NCBI GenBank assembly: GCA_964503465.1 | Contig: CAZCYZ010000002.1 | Span: forward strand, 6,995 to 70,994 | Source of the DNA: an uncultured Gammaproteobacteria bacterium | GTDB taxonomy: Bacteria > Patescibacteriota > Microgenomatia > UBA12405 | DNA: 64,000 nt | Reading direction: 5' to 3' | Part shown: one piece after another, positions 17,314 to 26,296 of the stretch | How the letters are laid out: each line of letters opens with the position of its first letter | Position numbering within the stretch: the first letter of the stretch is position 1 | The notes under the pieces: generated by a model | Told to the model about the DNA's origin: nothing | Databases searched by the model: none | Seen by the model: only the letters and a program-made list of their open reading frames with translations | Translations under genes and position numbers: made by a program

Positions 17314-19249
17314 GGTGATAATAGATTATAATGGGTTTGTGAGTGGTGATGGTGGGAAAAAAGATGTTTTATCATTTTTCGAGGTTGGTGTGAATGGACC
17401 ACCTCCGACGATTGAGCGGAGCCAGAGGGTTCAAACTGATATGGTTCCGATAACGGTGGTAAATGTTGGCGGGCGAAAGGGGACTCTGGTCCAGTTTCAG
17501 GGTGGATATAATACTCCTCAGGGAGGGTTGTTGGGAATGTTTGGGGCAACGAGGCGAGTAGAAGGCGAGGCGATGGTAGTACCTGATGGTCGAGTGATAG
17601 TGGCCGGTGGTGAAAAATGGGCAAGATTCAGGAATTATCAGTTTAGTATGGTGGTAACTGCGGGAGGAGAATTGTTGATTGGATCGGGGAATGTAGTTCC
17701 CACAAGAGAAGGGGGAATTAATTTTGGTGGTTTGATTGCAGGCCAAGGAGATAATTTAATGCTGATGCCAGATGGTAATTTTGTGCAGGTTGGAGGTGGC
17801 ACAGGGATTCGAATTGGGGTTGATGGCCTGAAGGGCGGAGTGGTGTTGGCATTGGGAGTGGAGAAGGGGGGTGGGGACGGTTTCCCCGACAGTTGCGACA
17901 GTATGATAGCGGTTCGATGTGATGATGGGAGAAGGTTGATGTTTTATCCAGTTGACAGGAAGGCGGTGAAGAAAAACCAACAAGAGATGTTGGCACGACC
18001 GAGAGTGGCGGGCAGAATGATGGAGTTGATAGGTGAAGATGTTGGGCCAAGAGAACCCAGGAAGTTTAGGTTTGGAGGAAGAGATGATTGGGTGGCAGTA
18101 GGTTTCAATCGAGTGAGTGGTGGTTCTGAATTGATGTTGGCAAGATTGCCCAATGGAGGAGAGGAAGGGTTTGTGAGATGTCGAGTCGATGACTTTTGTA
18201 GGGACAATGGGATTTTAGCTAGTAATTTGTCGGAAATAATTGATCAGGGAACAGTGACAAATTTTGCCGATGATGAAAAAAATAGAGGTCAATGGGTGAC
18301 GATAGTTAGGCGTGAGGAGGGGCAGGTGTTGGTTGGCCGTGTTAGATATGATATACAGTCTGGACAACCGTTGGTGGAACAAATTTGGGTACCACACAAG
18401 AGGTTGGTGCGTAAAGATAAGGTAGCTGAAATAGAAGCAAATGAGTGGCCTGATGTTAGTCGGGTGGAAGTGATGGCAAAAGGTAGAAAGTTGACGGTTG
18501 AAGGGTGGAGTTGGCGAGGTGATAGTGATGACAGGTTGGTAGATGAGGATGCAATTGGAGTGGTAAGGTTGGACGATGGTAAAGGCAAGGTGGCTGGGGT
18601 AAGAGTTATTTTGGCTGACGGTATGGGAGGACACGGTAGGGGCGAGATAGCCTCAAGCCAAGCGGTTGAAGCCATGGGGGAGAGTGATGATTTGGCCTTA
18701 GCAATGAAAATAGCCAATGAGAAGGTGGTAAAGGTGGCTAAGGGTGGGGGCTCAACAGTGGTGGTGGCGGATGTGGTGGTTGGTGAAAATGGGATGGTGG
18801 AAACGGGGTATGTTTGGCGGGGTGATTCGCGTTTGTTTGCGGTGGGAAAAGGCGGACAGGTGGTACAGGTGACAAAGGACCATTCGTTGGTACAGAGTTT
18901 GTTAGAGAAAGGAATAATTACAGCTGCTGATGTTAGGAGTCATCCTCAGCGTAATGTGATTTATCGAAACTTAGGTGATCCAAAGTCGCCGGTAAATTTA
19001 GAGACAGAGGGTGTTAGGCATTTGGATGGTCAGCCGCCGCTATTGCTGTGTTGTGATGGTTTTTATGGTTATATTGAGGCAATGGGGGGGACGATTGATG
19101 GTTTTTTGCGTGATTGTGTTGCAAGGACCAGAAAGGGAAGTGTGGGGGAGTTGTCGGGAGAGGATATTGTTGAGAGCTTGAGAATATTGAAACAGCAAAA
19201 CGGACAAATTGGGTTTGATGACAACGTCAGTTTTTTGTGGGTTCACTAG
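17297..19249 (+). CDS. protein with C-terminal PP2C-type Ser/Thr phosphatase domain and ~430-aa N-terminal domain of unknown function
   Basis: ILADGMGGHGRGEIAS, LFAVGKGGQVVQVTKDHSL, LLLCCDGFYG (PP2C motifs) in the C-terminal third. Confidence 0.6.
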   Translation: MIFEAMVIIDYNGFVSGDGGKKDVLSFFEVGVNGPPPTIERSQRVQTDMVPITVVNVGGRKGTLVQFQGGYNTPQGGLLGMFGATRRVEGEAMVVPDGRVIVAGGEKWARFRNYQFSMVVTAGGELLIGSGNVVPTREGGINFGGLIAGQGDNLMLMPDGNFVQVGGGTGIRIGVDGLKGGVVLALGVEKGGGDGFPDSCDSMIAVRCDDGRRLMFYPVDRKAVKKNQQEMLARPRVAGRMMELIGEDVGPREPRKFRFGGRDDWVAVGFNRVSGGSELMLARLPNGGEEGFVRCRVDDFCRDNGILASNLSEIIDQGTVTNFADDEKNRGQWVTIVRREEGQVLVGRVRYDIQSGQPLVEQIWVPHKRLVRKDKVAEIEANEWPDVSRVEVMAKGRKLTVEGWSWRGDSDDRLVDEDAIGVVRLDDGKGKVAGVRVILADGMGGHGRGEIASSQAVEAMGESDDLALAMKIANEKVVKVAKGGGSTVVVADVVVGENGMVETGYVWRGDSRLFAVGKGGQVVQVTKDHSLVQSLLEKGIITAADVRSHPQRNVIYRNLGDPKSPVNLETEGVRHLDGQPPLLLCCDGFYGYIEAMGGTIDGFLRDCVARTRKGSVGELSGEDIVESLRILKQQNGQIGFDDNVSFLWVH

Positions 19250-19266
19250 AGTTGGTATACTGACAA

Positions 19267-20328
19267 GTGATGAGAAATTGGGGAGTAAATTTGAGATGGC
19301 AGATGGGAGTGGATCTGGGGAGTAGTAATACTAGAGTATTTGTTAAGGACAAAGGAATAGTAATTGATGAGCCAACGTTGTTGGCAAGGATCAAGAGAAA
19401 AAAATTTAGCAGAAAGAGAAATGGGATTTTGGCGGCAGGGATAAGGGCAAAGGAAATGTGGTGTCGAGAGCCAAAGCAGATTGAAGTGGTGGCGCCGATT
19501 AGAAACGGAGTGGTGGTAGATTTGGAGGCGGCGGAAAAATTGGTTCAATATTTTTTGAAGCTGGTATATGACATTCCTAGTCGGTTCCCGAAAATTTTTA
19601 AGCCATTGGCAGTGGTGGGGGTGTCGAGTGGGGCGACCGAGGTTCAAAAAAGAGCGGTGAAAGAAGTGTTTAAAACTGCCGGGGTAGGTAAAGTGTTGAC
19701 GGTTGAGGAAATTGTACTGGCGGCGGTGGGCTTGGGGTTACCAATGCTTGACGGAGGGGGCTTAATGGTGGTGAGTGTTGGCGGGGGGAAGACGGAGGTC
19801 GGGGTGATTTCAATGGGAGGGGTAGTGGTGGGAAGAAGTATTCGGACGGCTGGAGATGATTTTGATCAAGCGATAGTTAATTACACCCGAATGAAATATG
19901 GAATATTGATTGGATTGAGTACGGCGGCGAGGGTAAAGATTGAACTAGGCAATAAGAAAAAAGAGGAAGTGGCTCTTATTCGGGGTCGAGATTTGGAGAG
20001 TGGTCTACCAAAAACGGTTAAGTTAACGGCGGCGGAGGTGGGGGAGGCGGTTAATATGGAGCTGGTCAAGATTGTTAAATTAGTGGCTGAGGTTTTGGAT
20101 GAAACTCCACCAGAATTGATGGATGACATCATCAAACGAGGAATAATAATGACAGGAGGAGGGTCGCAAGTAATGGGGTTAGCAGAGATGCTTTCGGTGG
20201 AGACAAAAATAAATACAGTAGTGGCGGAGGACCCGGGGTGGTGTGTAATTAAAGGGGTGGGAGAAATAGTATCGCGGTGGGAAAGGACTGACTGGGTAAA
20301 GTTGATTTTGGAAATGGGAGAAAAATGA
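19267..20328 (+). CDS. mreB: rod-shape protein MreB
   Basis: GVDLGSSNTRVFVK, VVGVSSGATEVQKRAV, MVVSVGGGKTEVGVIS, MTGGGSQVMGLAE; likely true start ATG near 19303. Confidence 0.9.
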   Translation: MMRNWGVNLRWQMGVDLGSSNTRVFVKDKGIVIDEPTLLARIKRKKFSRKRNGILAAGIRAKEMWCREPKQIEVVAPIRNGVVVDLEAAEKLVQYFLKLVYDIPSRFPKIFKPLAVVGVSSGATEVQKRAVKEVFKTAGVGKVLTVEEIVLAAVGLGLPMLDGGGLMVVSVGGGKTEVGVISMGGVVVGRSIRTAGDDFDQAIVNYTRMKYGILIGLSTAARVKIELGNKKKEEVALIRGRDLESGLPKTVKLTAAEVGEAVNMELVKIVKLVAEVLDETPPELMDDIIKRGIIMTGGGSQVMGLAEMLSVETKINTVVAEDPGWCVIKGVGEIVSRWERTDWVKLILEMGEK

Positions 20329-21962
20329 ATCGAGGGGAAGAGGAATACAATTGGTGGTGGATTAGAGCCCTGGTGGCAATTAGCCTGGGTTTGTTGTTAA
20401 CGATAATAATTAAATTAACTCTAATTGAGGGAAGGGTGTATCAAAACTTGGCTCGGGGAAACCGAGTGCTTGAAGGGACCATTCCAGCGGCAAGGGGGAG
20501 AATGGTTGACCGCAAGGGACGAGTGGTGGCGGAGAGTGTGTACCAGTATTTTCGGATGGAGGGAGAAAGTAAAATTTATGAAGATTCTGGGGATTATTCG
20601 GGAGAGAGATTTGAAGGAAAAGACTTATCATTTGAGCTCAAAAGACATTATCCTTATAAGGAGGTAATGGGAGCCATAACCGGATATGTAGGTAAAATTA
20701 AGGAAGAGGAAATAAAAAAAAACATTTGTGATCGAGAGATGAATAACGAGAGTTTAATGGGGCGAGGTGGGGTAGAGGAATCGATGGATTGTGAGTTGAG
20801 GGGGGCCGATGGGCGAAGGTTGGTGGAAGTTGATGCCCTGGGGCGATATGTGCGGGAGTTGGGAAGAATGGAACCGGAAAGTGGAGAAGAAATCAAGTTG
20901 AGTGTTGATGCTTTTTGGCAGGAAAAAATTTACAAAATGCTTGGGGGTAAAAAAGCAGTGGTAATAATTTCGGAACCGCAAACCGGCAGGATATTGGCGA
21001 TGGTGACCAGTCCTGGTTTTGATCCGAATGTTTTTAGTTTTGATAAAAACGACAAAATAATTGAAAGTTACTTAAACGATGATGATGGCTTACCGCTTCT
21101 GAATCGAGCGGTGGCGGCGAGGTATCATCCGGGGTCAGTATTTAAAATTAGTATTGCTAGTGGGGGTTTGGAATCGGGAAAAATCGATGCCGAAACGACC
21201 TTTGAGGATACCGGCTTTATTAAAGTAGGAGATTATACTTATACCAATTGGCTGTGGACCAAGCGGGGAGGTACTGATGGGCAAGTAAACGTGGTTAAGG
21301 CTTTAAGGCGATCAAACGATATCTTTTTTTATCGATTAGGGGAACAAATGGGATCGTCGTTGATGCGAACTTGGGCGGAAAAATTTGGTTTGGGGGTGAA
21401 AACTGGGATTGAATTGCCAGGTGAGTTGACTGGAATTGTGCCGGATGAAAAATGGAAAAAAGAAAACAAGGGGGAGAATTGGTTTTTGGGGAATAGTTAT
21501 CATATGGCCATAGGACAGGGGGACGTGGCGGTAACACCATTGCAGGTTAATGTAATGACGGCGGTAATTGCCAATGGGGGGGTTAAATGTCAACCAACAT
21601 TGCGAGAGGATGGCGAAAAGAGGTGTGTGGATTTGGGGCTAAAGCAGTCAACAATTGAGCTGGTGACAGCAGGGATGAAAGCGGCCTGTGAATCTGGTGG
21701 GACAGCCTGGCCGCTTTTTAATTTTAAAACCGAAATTGCCTGCAAAACTGGAACGGCGGAAGTAGGTGATGGGAGCAAGGACACCCATGCTTGGTTGACG
21801 GCTTTTGCGCCGGCCAACGACCCGCAAATAGCAATTACAGTGTTGGTAGAGCGTGGGGGTGAAGGCTCGGATGTGGCGGCGCCGATTGTTGGAGATATCC
21901 TAAAGGATTGGTTTGAGGAAACCAAGACAGTAGTGCCAAGATATAAAGATGGGACGAATTAG
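20325..21962 (+). CDS. mrdA: penicillin-binding protein 2 (class B transpeptidase)
   Basis: N-terminal TM, GSVFK (SxxK), KTGTAE (KTG) motifs. Confidence 0.85.
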   Translation: MNRGEEEYNWWWIRALVAISLGLLLTIIIKLTLIEGRVYQNLARGNRVLEGTIPAARGRMVDRKGRVVAESVYQYFRMEGESKIYEDSGDYSGERFEGKDLSFELKRHYPYKEVMGAITGYVGKIKEEEIKKNICDREMNNESLMGRGGVEESMDCELRGADGRRLVEVDALGRYVRELGRMEPESGEEIKLSVDAFWQEKIYKMLGGKKAVVIISEPQTGRILAMVTSPGFDPNVFSFDKNDKIIESYLNDDDGLPLLNRAVAARYHPGSVFKISIASGGLESGKIDAETTFEDTGFIKVGDYTYTNWLWTKRGGTDGQVNVVKALRRSNDIFFYRLGEQMGSSLMRTWAEKFGLGVKTGIELPGELTGIVPDEKWKKENKGENWFLGNSYHMAIGQGDVAVTPLQVNVMTAVIANGGVKCQPTLREDGEKRCVDLGLKQSTIELVTAGMKAACESGGTAWPLFNFKTEIACKTGTAEVGDGSKDTHAWLTAFAPANDPQIAITVLVERGGEGSDVAAPIVGDILKDWFEETKTVVPRYKDGTN

Positions 21963-22023
21963 TTAGAAATTGGTATAATTGGCTAGTAAGTTTCTCGTTA
22001 TAAGGTATTTTTAAATAAAAAAA

Positions 22024-22455
22024 ATGGCAGATCGCGAACCAATAAGGCAGACAATAAAAAATCATTTACCTTCTGGAGAAACAGCAGGGGGTGTGTGGAA
22101 ACAGTTTCGTGGACTTTTGAGTTCAGCAGCCAGAGCAGGAACTACTGCTGAGTTAACCCAACTGGTTGCCAAAGCGAGTCCCGGGCAAATAATTACATAC
22201 ACCGGGGTTCATCCGGTGGGTGATAGGGATATAGGTCGTTTTATGCATGAGCTTAGGGGTGTGAGTCCTCGAGAGGTTGGAGCGAGTTTGCAGGATGGTG
22301 TTGAGCGTGTAGAAGTGATTGATAATGAGTGTCAGGTACCATATGTGACCGAAGATGCAAAAAATCAGCAGCTAGATAAGCACCGAAGTGTTTATGTTGT
22401 GTGGAGACAACAACTTGGTTCGATGGGTAGAAGAAGATCAACAAGGATGAAGTAA
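22024..22455 (+). CDS. hypothetical protein
   Basis: 143-aa ORF between pbp2 and topA; no family recognised. Confidence 0.3.
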   Translation: MADREPIRQTIKNHLPSGETAGGVWKQFRGLLSSAARAGTTAELTQLVAKASPGQIITYTGVHPVGDRDIGRFMHELRGVSPREVGASLQDGVERVEVIDNECQVPYVTEDAKNQQLDKHRSVYVVWRQQLGSMGRRRSTRMK

Positions 22456-22502
22456 AATTTACAGAAGCAAAAAATTGGAAATTGACACCGGGTTTAGAAT
22501 AG

Positions 22503-24479
22503 ATGACAATGGCTGATATGCAAAAGAGGTTGTTGGTGGTGGAGTCACCGACCAAGGCAAAAACAATTACCAAATATTTGGGTCCTTTAGCTAGCTCGGG
22601 GTGGGAAGTAGTGGCGACAGTGGGGCATCTGCGTGATTTACCCAAAGGGAAGATGGGTGTAGATACGGCTAAAGATTTTGAGATTGAATATAAAATTGAT
22701 CCGGAAAAAAAGAAAGTAGTTGAGGCTCTAATTAAGGCAGCCGGCAAGGCGGAGGGAGTTTACCTGGCGACAGATCCGGATCGGGAAGGGGAGGCAATTG
22801 CCTGGCATGTAAAGATAATTATTAATGATGAAAAGGCCAAAAGAGTTAGCTTTCATGAAATTACTAAGGAAGCGGTGGAGGAGGCGATTAAAAATCCTCG
22901 GGAAATTGATATGGATTTGGTTGATGCCCAGCAGGGGAGACGAGTACTTGACAGGCTAGTAGGTTATTCTCTGTCGCCGGTGTTGTGGAAGAAGGTAAGG
23001 CGGGGTTTGTCGGCGGGAAGGGTGCAGTCGGTGGCGGTGAGGTTAATTGTGGAGCGGGAAAGGGAGATTGAGAAATTTGTGTTGGAAAAATATTTTAAGA
23101 TTTATGCTGATTTGAAAGGGGGATTTAGAGCTGAACTGGTCAAAGTTGACGGGAAAAATGTAGCTAGAACAGAAAAGACTAAATTGTTTGATGGGGAATA
23201 CAGTGTTAGTAAGACAATTTATAATGACAGGAAAGCGGTCGATGATTTTGTTGGTAGTTTGGGGAAGGAGTTGGTGGTGGATAGGGTGGTGGGCAAGGAA
23301 ATAACCAGAACGCCGCTGCCGCCGTTGACAACTTCCAAACTTCAACAATTAGCGGCTAGGCGGTGGGGTTGGTCGGGGAAACAAACAATGAGAATTGCTC
23401 AAAGACTTTATGAACAGGGGTTGATTACTTATCATCGGACTGATTCGGTGAATTTGTCATCGAAGGCAATTGCCGAATTTAGGGATTATATTGGCAAAAA
23501 ATATGGGAATAATTATGTAGCTTCAAAAGAAAGGGTGTTTAAGAATCACTCCAAAAATGCCCAGGAGGCTCACGAGGCCATTAGGCCAACGGTGGTAGGT
23601 AAACTTGAAGTAAGTGGGGATGCCAAGGAACAGAAGTTGTATCAGGTGGTTTGGAATCGGGCAGTGGCAACTCAAGCGGCGGGAGCAAGATTAAAAACGA
23701 CTACGGTTGATTTGACCACCAATAATGCTTTGTTTCGGGCTAGTGGAATTAGAATGTTGTTTGATGGGTTTTTAAAAATTACCGGTGAAAAGTTTGAGGA
23801 ACAGGCCCTACCGGAGTTGACAGAAAAACAAAAAGTTGATGTCAAGAAGTTTGGAGTGGACGAAGCCCAAACTTTGCCGCCGCCACGTTATAGCGAGGCC
23901 TCGTTGGTGGCAAGTCTTGAAAGGCAGGGGATTGGTCGACCGTCGACTTATGCCCCAATAATTTCCACTATTCAGTTGAGACAATACGTTGATAAGGATG
24001 AGGGAAAGTTTAAGCCAACAGCATTAGGAGTGGCGGTAAACGAATATTTGGTGAAAAATTTTGAGGAAATTGTGTCGTTGCCGTTTACGGCGGGTATGGA
24101 AGAGAACTTGGATGAGGTGGCGGCGGGGGATTTGGGTTGGAAGAAAATGATGAAAGATTTTTGGACAGGGTTTTACAAGTCGGTTAAAACGGCCGAGAAA
24201 GAGTCGGAAAGAGTCAAGGTAGCGGCGGAACGATTGGGGGAAAAGTGTCCCGACTGCAAGGAAGGGGAGTTGGTGATTAGATTGGGAAGATTTGGAAAAT
24301 TTGTCAGCTGTGAACGATTTCCGGAGTGTAAGTACACTAGGGCCTTTAAGGAAAATGCCGGTTTTAAGTGTCCGACTTGTGGGGCGGAAGGAGTGGTGAG
24401 GAAAACCAAAACGGGGAGACGATTTTATGGCTGCAGTGCTTACCCAAAGTGCAAGTGGGCAGGGTGGAAAAAACCTTGA
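22503..24479 (+). CDS. topA: DNA topoisomerase I with C-terminal zinc ribbons
   Basis: LVVVESPTKAKTI, TVGHLRDLPK, YHRTDS; CPDCKEG and CPTCGAEG zinc fingers; TGA stop at 24477-24479. Confidence 0.95.
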   Translation: MTMADMQKRLLVVESPTKAKTITKYLGPLASSGWEVVATVGHLRDLPKGKMGVDTAKDFEIEYKIDPEKKKVVEALIKAAGKAEGVYLATDPDREGEAIAWHVKIIINDEKAKRVSFHEITKEAVEEAIKNPREIDMDLVDAQQGRRVLDRLVGYSLSPVLWKKVRRGLSAGRVQSVAVRLIVEREREIEKFVLEKYFKIYADLKGGFRAELVKVDGKNVARTEKTKLFDGEYSVSKTIYNDRKAVDDFVGSLGKELVVDRVVGKEITRTPLPPLTTSKLQQLAARRWGWSGKQTMRIAQRLYEQGLITYHRTDSVNLSSKAIAEFRDYIGKKYGNNYVASKERVFKNHSKNAQEAHEAIRPTVVGKLEVSGDAKEQKLYQVVWNRAVATQAAGARLKTTTVDLTTNNALFRASGIRMLFDGFLKITGEKFEEQALPELTEKQKVDVKKFGVDEAQTLPPPRYSEASLVASLERQGIGRPSTYAPIISTIQLRQYVDKDEGKFKPTALGVAVNEYLVKNFEEIVSLPFTAGMEENLDEVAAGDLGWKKMMKDFWTGFYKSVKTAEKESERVKVAAERLGEKCPDCKEGELVIRLGRFGKFVSCERFPECKYTRAFKENAGFKCPTCGAEGVVRKTKTGRRFYGCSAYPKCKWAGWKKP

Positions 24480-24489
24480 AATGGTGACT

Positions 24490-24720
24490 TTAATCTTCGT
24501 TTAGTCTAAAGACTCGTGTTAGAGGACAATCTGGAGTTCCAATTTTTTCAGCGCACCAAAAGTCGGCCGCAGGAACACCGCCATACTTTCTTAGGGAACA
24601 TCGAGCGCAGGTGGTTTGGACAGCTCGATCTGCGGGGCTAGTGATATTTTCTTTTTGTAGTGGAACAATTCTTGTTTGCCATGAGCCAAGTCTGGCGCCT
24701 TTCCTGGGTTGTTCGGCCAT
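24490..24720 (-). CDS. small hypothetical protein (Cys-containing)
   Basis: 76-aa ORF; first of a run of small minus-strand ORFs. Confidence 0.3.
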   Translation of the reverse strand: MAEQPRKGARLGSWQTRIVPLQKENITSPADRAVQTTCARCSLRKYGGVPAADFWCAEKIGTPDCPLTRVFRLNED

Positions 24721-24794
24721 GTTGGTATTATAAACTATAGGATGATGGAGACTGAAAGTTTAGCGTAATAGAACTTCGTTTTTTTATTCAATAA

Positions 24795-25031
24795 TTAACC
24801 TTTGGCATCCTTGTGCATACCGAGGAAACTGGCATTGAGCATATCGGTGTCTGTCTGTCTGTTCTCTGGTGGGACAATATCAGCGGCAGTTAGTTCATCA
24901 AGCCTGTGGTTTTCGGCTGGCCTTTTGGTTATACCCTCGTGTGGTTTACCAGGGTGGGCATTGATAACACTACCAACTCCGGCTGTCTCTCGAGCGTTGG
25001 CTGATTTGGTGATAGTAATGATTGTGGCCAT
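24795..25031 (-). CDS. small hypothetical protein
   Basis: 78-aa ORF (MATIITITKSANARETAGVG...). Confidence 0.3.
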   Translation of the reverse strand: MATIITITKSANARETAGVGSVINAHPGKPHEGITKRPAENHRLDELTAADIVPPENRQTDTDMLNASFLGMHKDAKG

Positions 25032-25049
25032 ATTTATTGACGAGGTTGA

Positions 25050-25077
25050 AAATTAAAAGAAGGGGAGACTTCCCCGA
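25050..25077 (-). terminator. intrinsic terminator (ggggagacttcccc stem plus T-run on minus strand)
   Basis: Hairpin 25063-25076 followed (minus strand) by T-rich tract 25051-25061; downstream of ORF 25176..25361. Confidence 0.45.
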
Positions 25078-25175
25078 GCGTAGCTAAATTGGATCTAAAT
25101 CTGGCGATTCGAGTAGCTGGTTTTTCTAAGCCTTTAAAATATTTTGGTTTTTCTGACATATTTGTTGATTAAAAA

Positions 25176-25361
25176 TTATGATTGCATCGCTGAAAGGATG
25201 GCAACGAAGTCTCTAAATGTTGCAGAGTCGGGGTTAACCCGAGCAAGGACTGAGTCTCCGTAGCGGAGTGGTTCAACCCGTCGGCTTAGAATCTCTAAGT
25301 TATGTCGGTGGGATTGTTGCTCTGAACCGAGTCTTCCATGACTATGAATTATTTCTGACAT
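25176..25361 (-). CDS. small hypothetical protein
   Basis: 61-aa ORF with its own terminator. Confidence 0.3.
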   Translation of the reverse strand: MSEIIHSHGRLGSEQQSHRHNLEILSRRVEPLRYGDSVLARVNPDSATFRDFVAILSAMQS

Positions 25362-25427
25362 GTATTAAGTAACCTGTAATATATTCATATTAGACAGACT
25401 TATAATACTTGTCAAGGGGATAATTTA

Positions 25428-25456
25428 GGCACCAAAAACCCGGCAGCTGCCGGGTT
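25428..25456 (-). terminator. intrinsic terminator (aacccggcagctgccgggtt stem plus T-run on minus strand)
   Basis: Perfect 8-bp stem at 25436-25455 followed by tttt on the minus strand; downstream of ORF 25477..25689. Confidence 0.55.
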
Positions 25457-25476
25457 GATAGCATTGTCGAAATCAA

Positions 25477-25689
25477 CTAATCAACAATGGAAACACGTGG
25501 ACAAACACCTCTTTTACACTTGATTCCGAGTATTTTACATGTTGGTTTATCGTTACAGGTGTCTGGGTCAACATTGTCCCGTGCTGGTTTGACGGCTCTA
25601 GTTGATTTTTCGATGTGGACATGTTCACCCATCCCTCGAGGAAGGGCAGGAGCTTGAGATGCCGACTGTTCGGGTAAAGTTTTACTCAC
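25477..25689 (-). CDS. small Cys-rich hypothetical protein (CNDKPTCKILGIKCKRGVC)
   Basis: 70-aa ORF with a clustered Cys motif and a strong terminator. Confidence 0.35.
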   Translation of the reverse strand: MSKTLPEQSASQAPALPRGMGEHVHIEKSTRAVKPARDNVDPDTCNDKPTCKILGIKCKRGVCPRVSIVD

Positions 25690-26296
25690 TTGTTTTTCAA
25701 TTTATAAATGTGTGGAGTGTAAGAGAAAAATATGCGGGATTCAAGGAATGTCAATATGGGTGGTGGTTGTGTATAATCGAAAGGTTGTAGTCAGCGGCAA
25801 GGGTAGTTGGTTTTGAGCCTGGGTCGGAAACAACAGCCGCGATCGCCATCGTCAACATCACAATCTTTTTCATTAGTGCAAATTGAACAGTGGTCATCAA
25901 TTAGAGCTTTGAGGGCTTGGAGGTTTTGGGGAGAATAGGGTGAACCGGGCGGAATTCGACGTCGCTTGGTTTTGGCAGGTGAACGGGCGATGGTGATAGC
26001 TTCTTGAATAGCGATAGAAGAGTTTACTACTTTTGGGAAGGATTAGTAAAAATATGTAATATATATGTATTTTCTTGTTGACTTTCTGGAAAGTGAATAG
26101 TATTATAGGTGCCATGAATAAAGAAGCAATCGACCCAAATAAGACTGTTATTACCGGAAAACCGTTAGTTGAAGTAACTGGGGTAGCTGCTGCACCTCCT
26201 AAGCAAGATGTGTCTAGTTCAGGAGAAAGAATACAGAAAGTGGGAATTCCACCAGAGCGAGTGCAGAAACTGATTGACTTTATCAGAGGTATGTAG

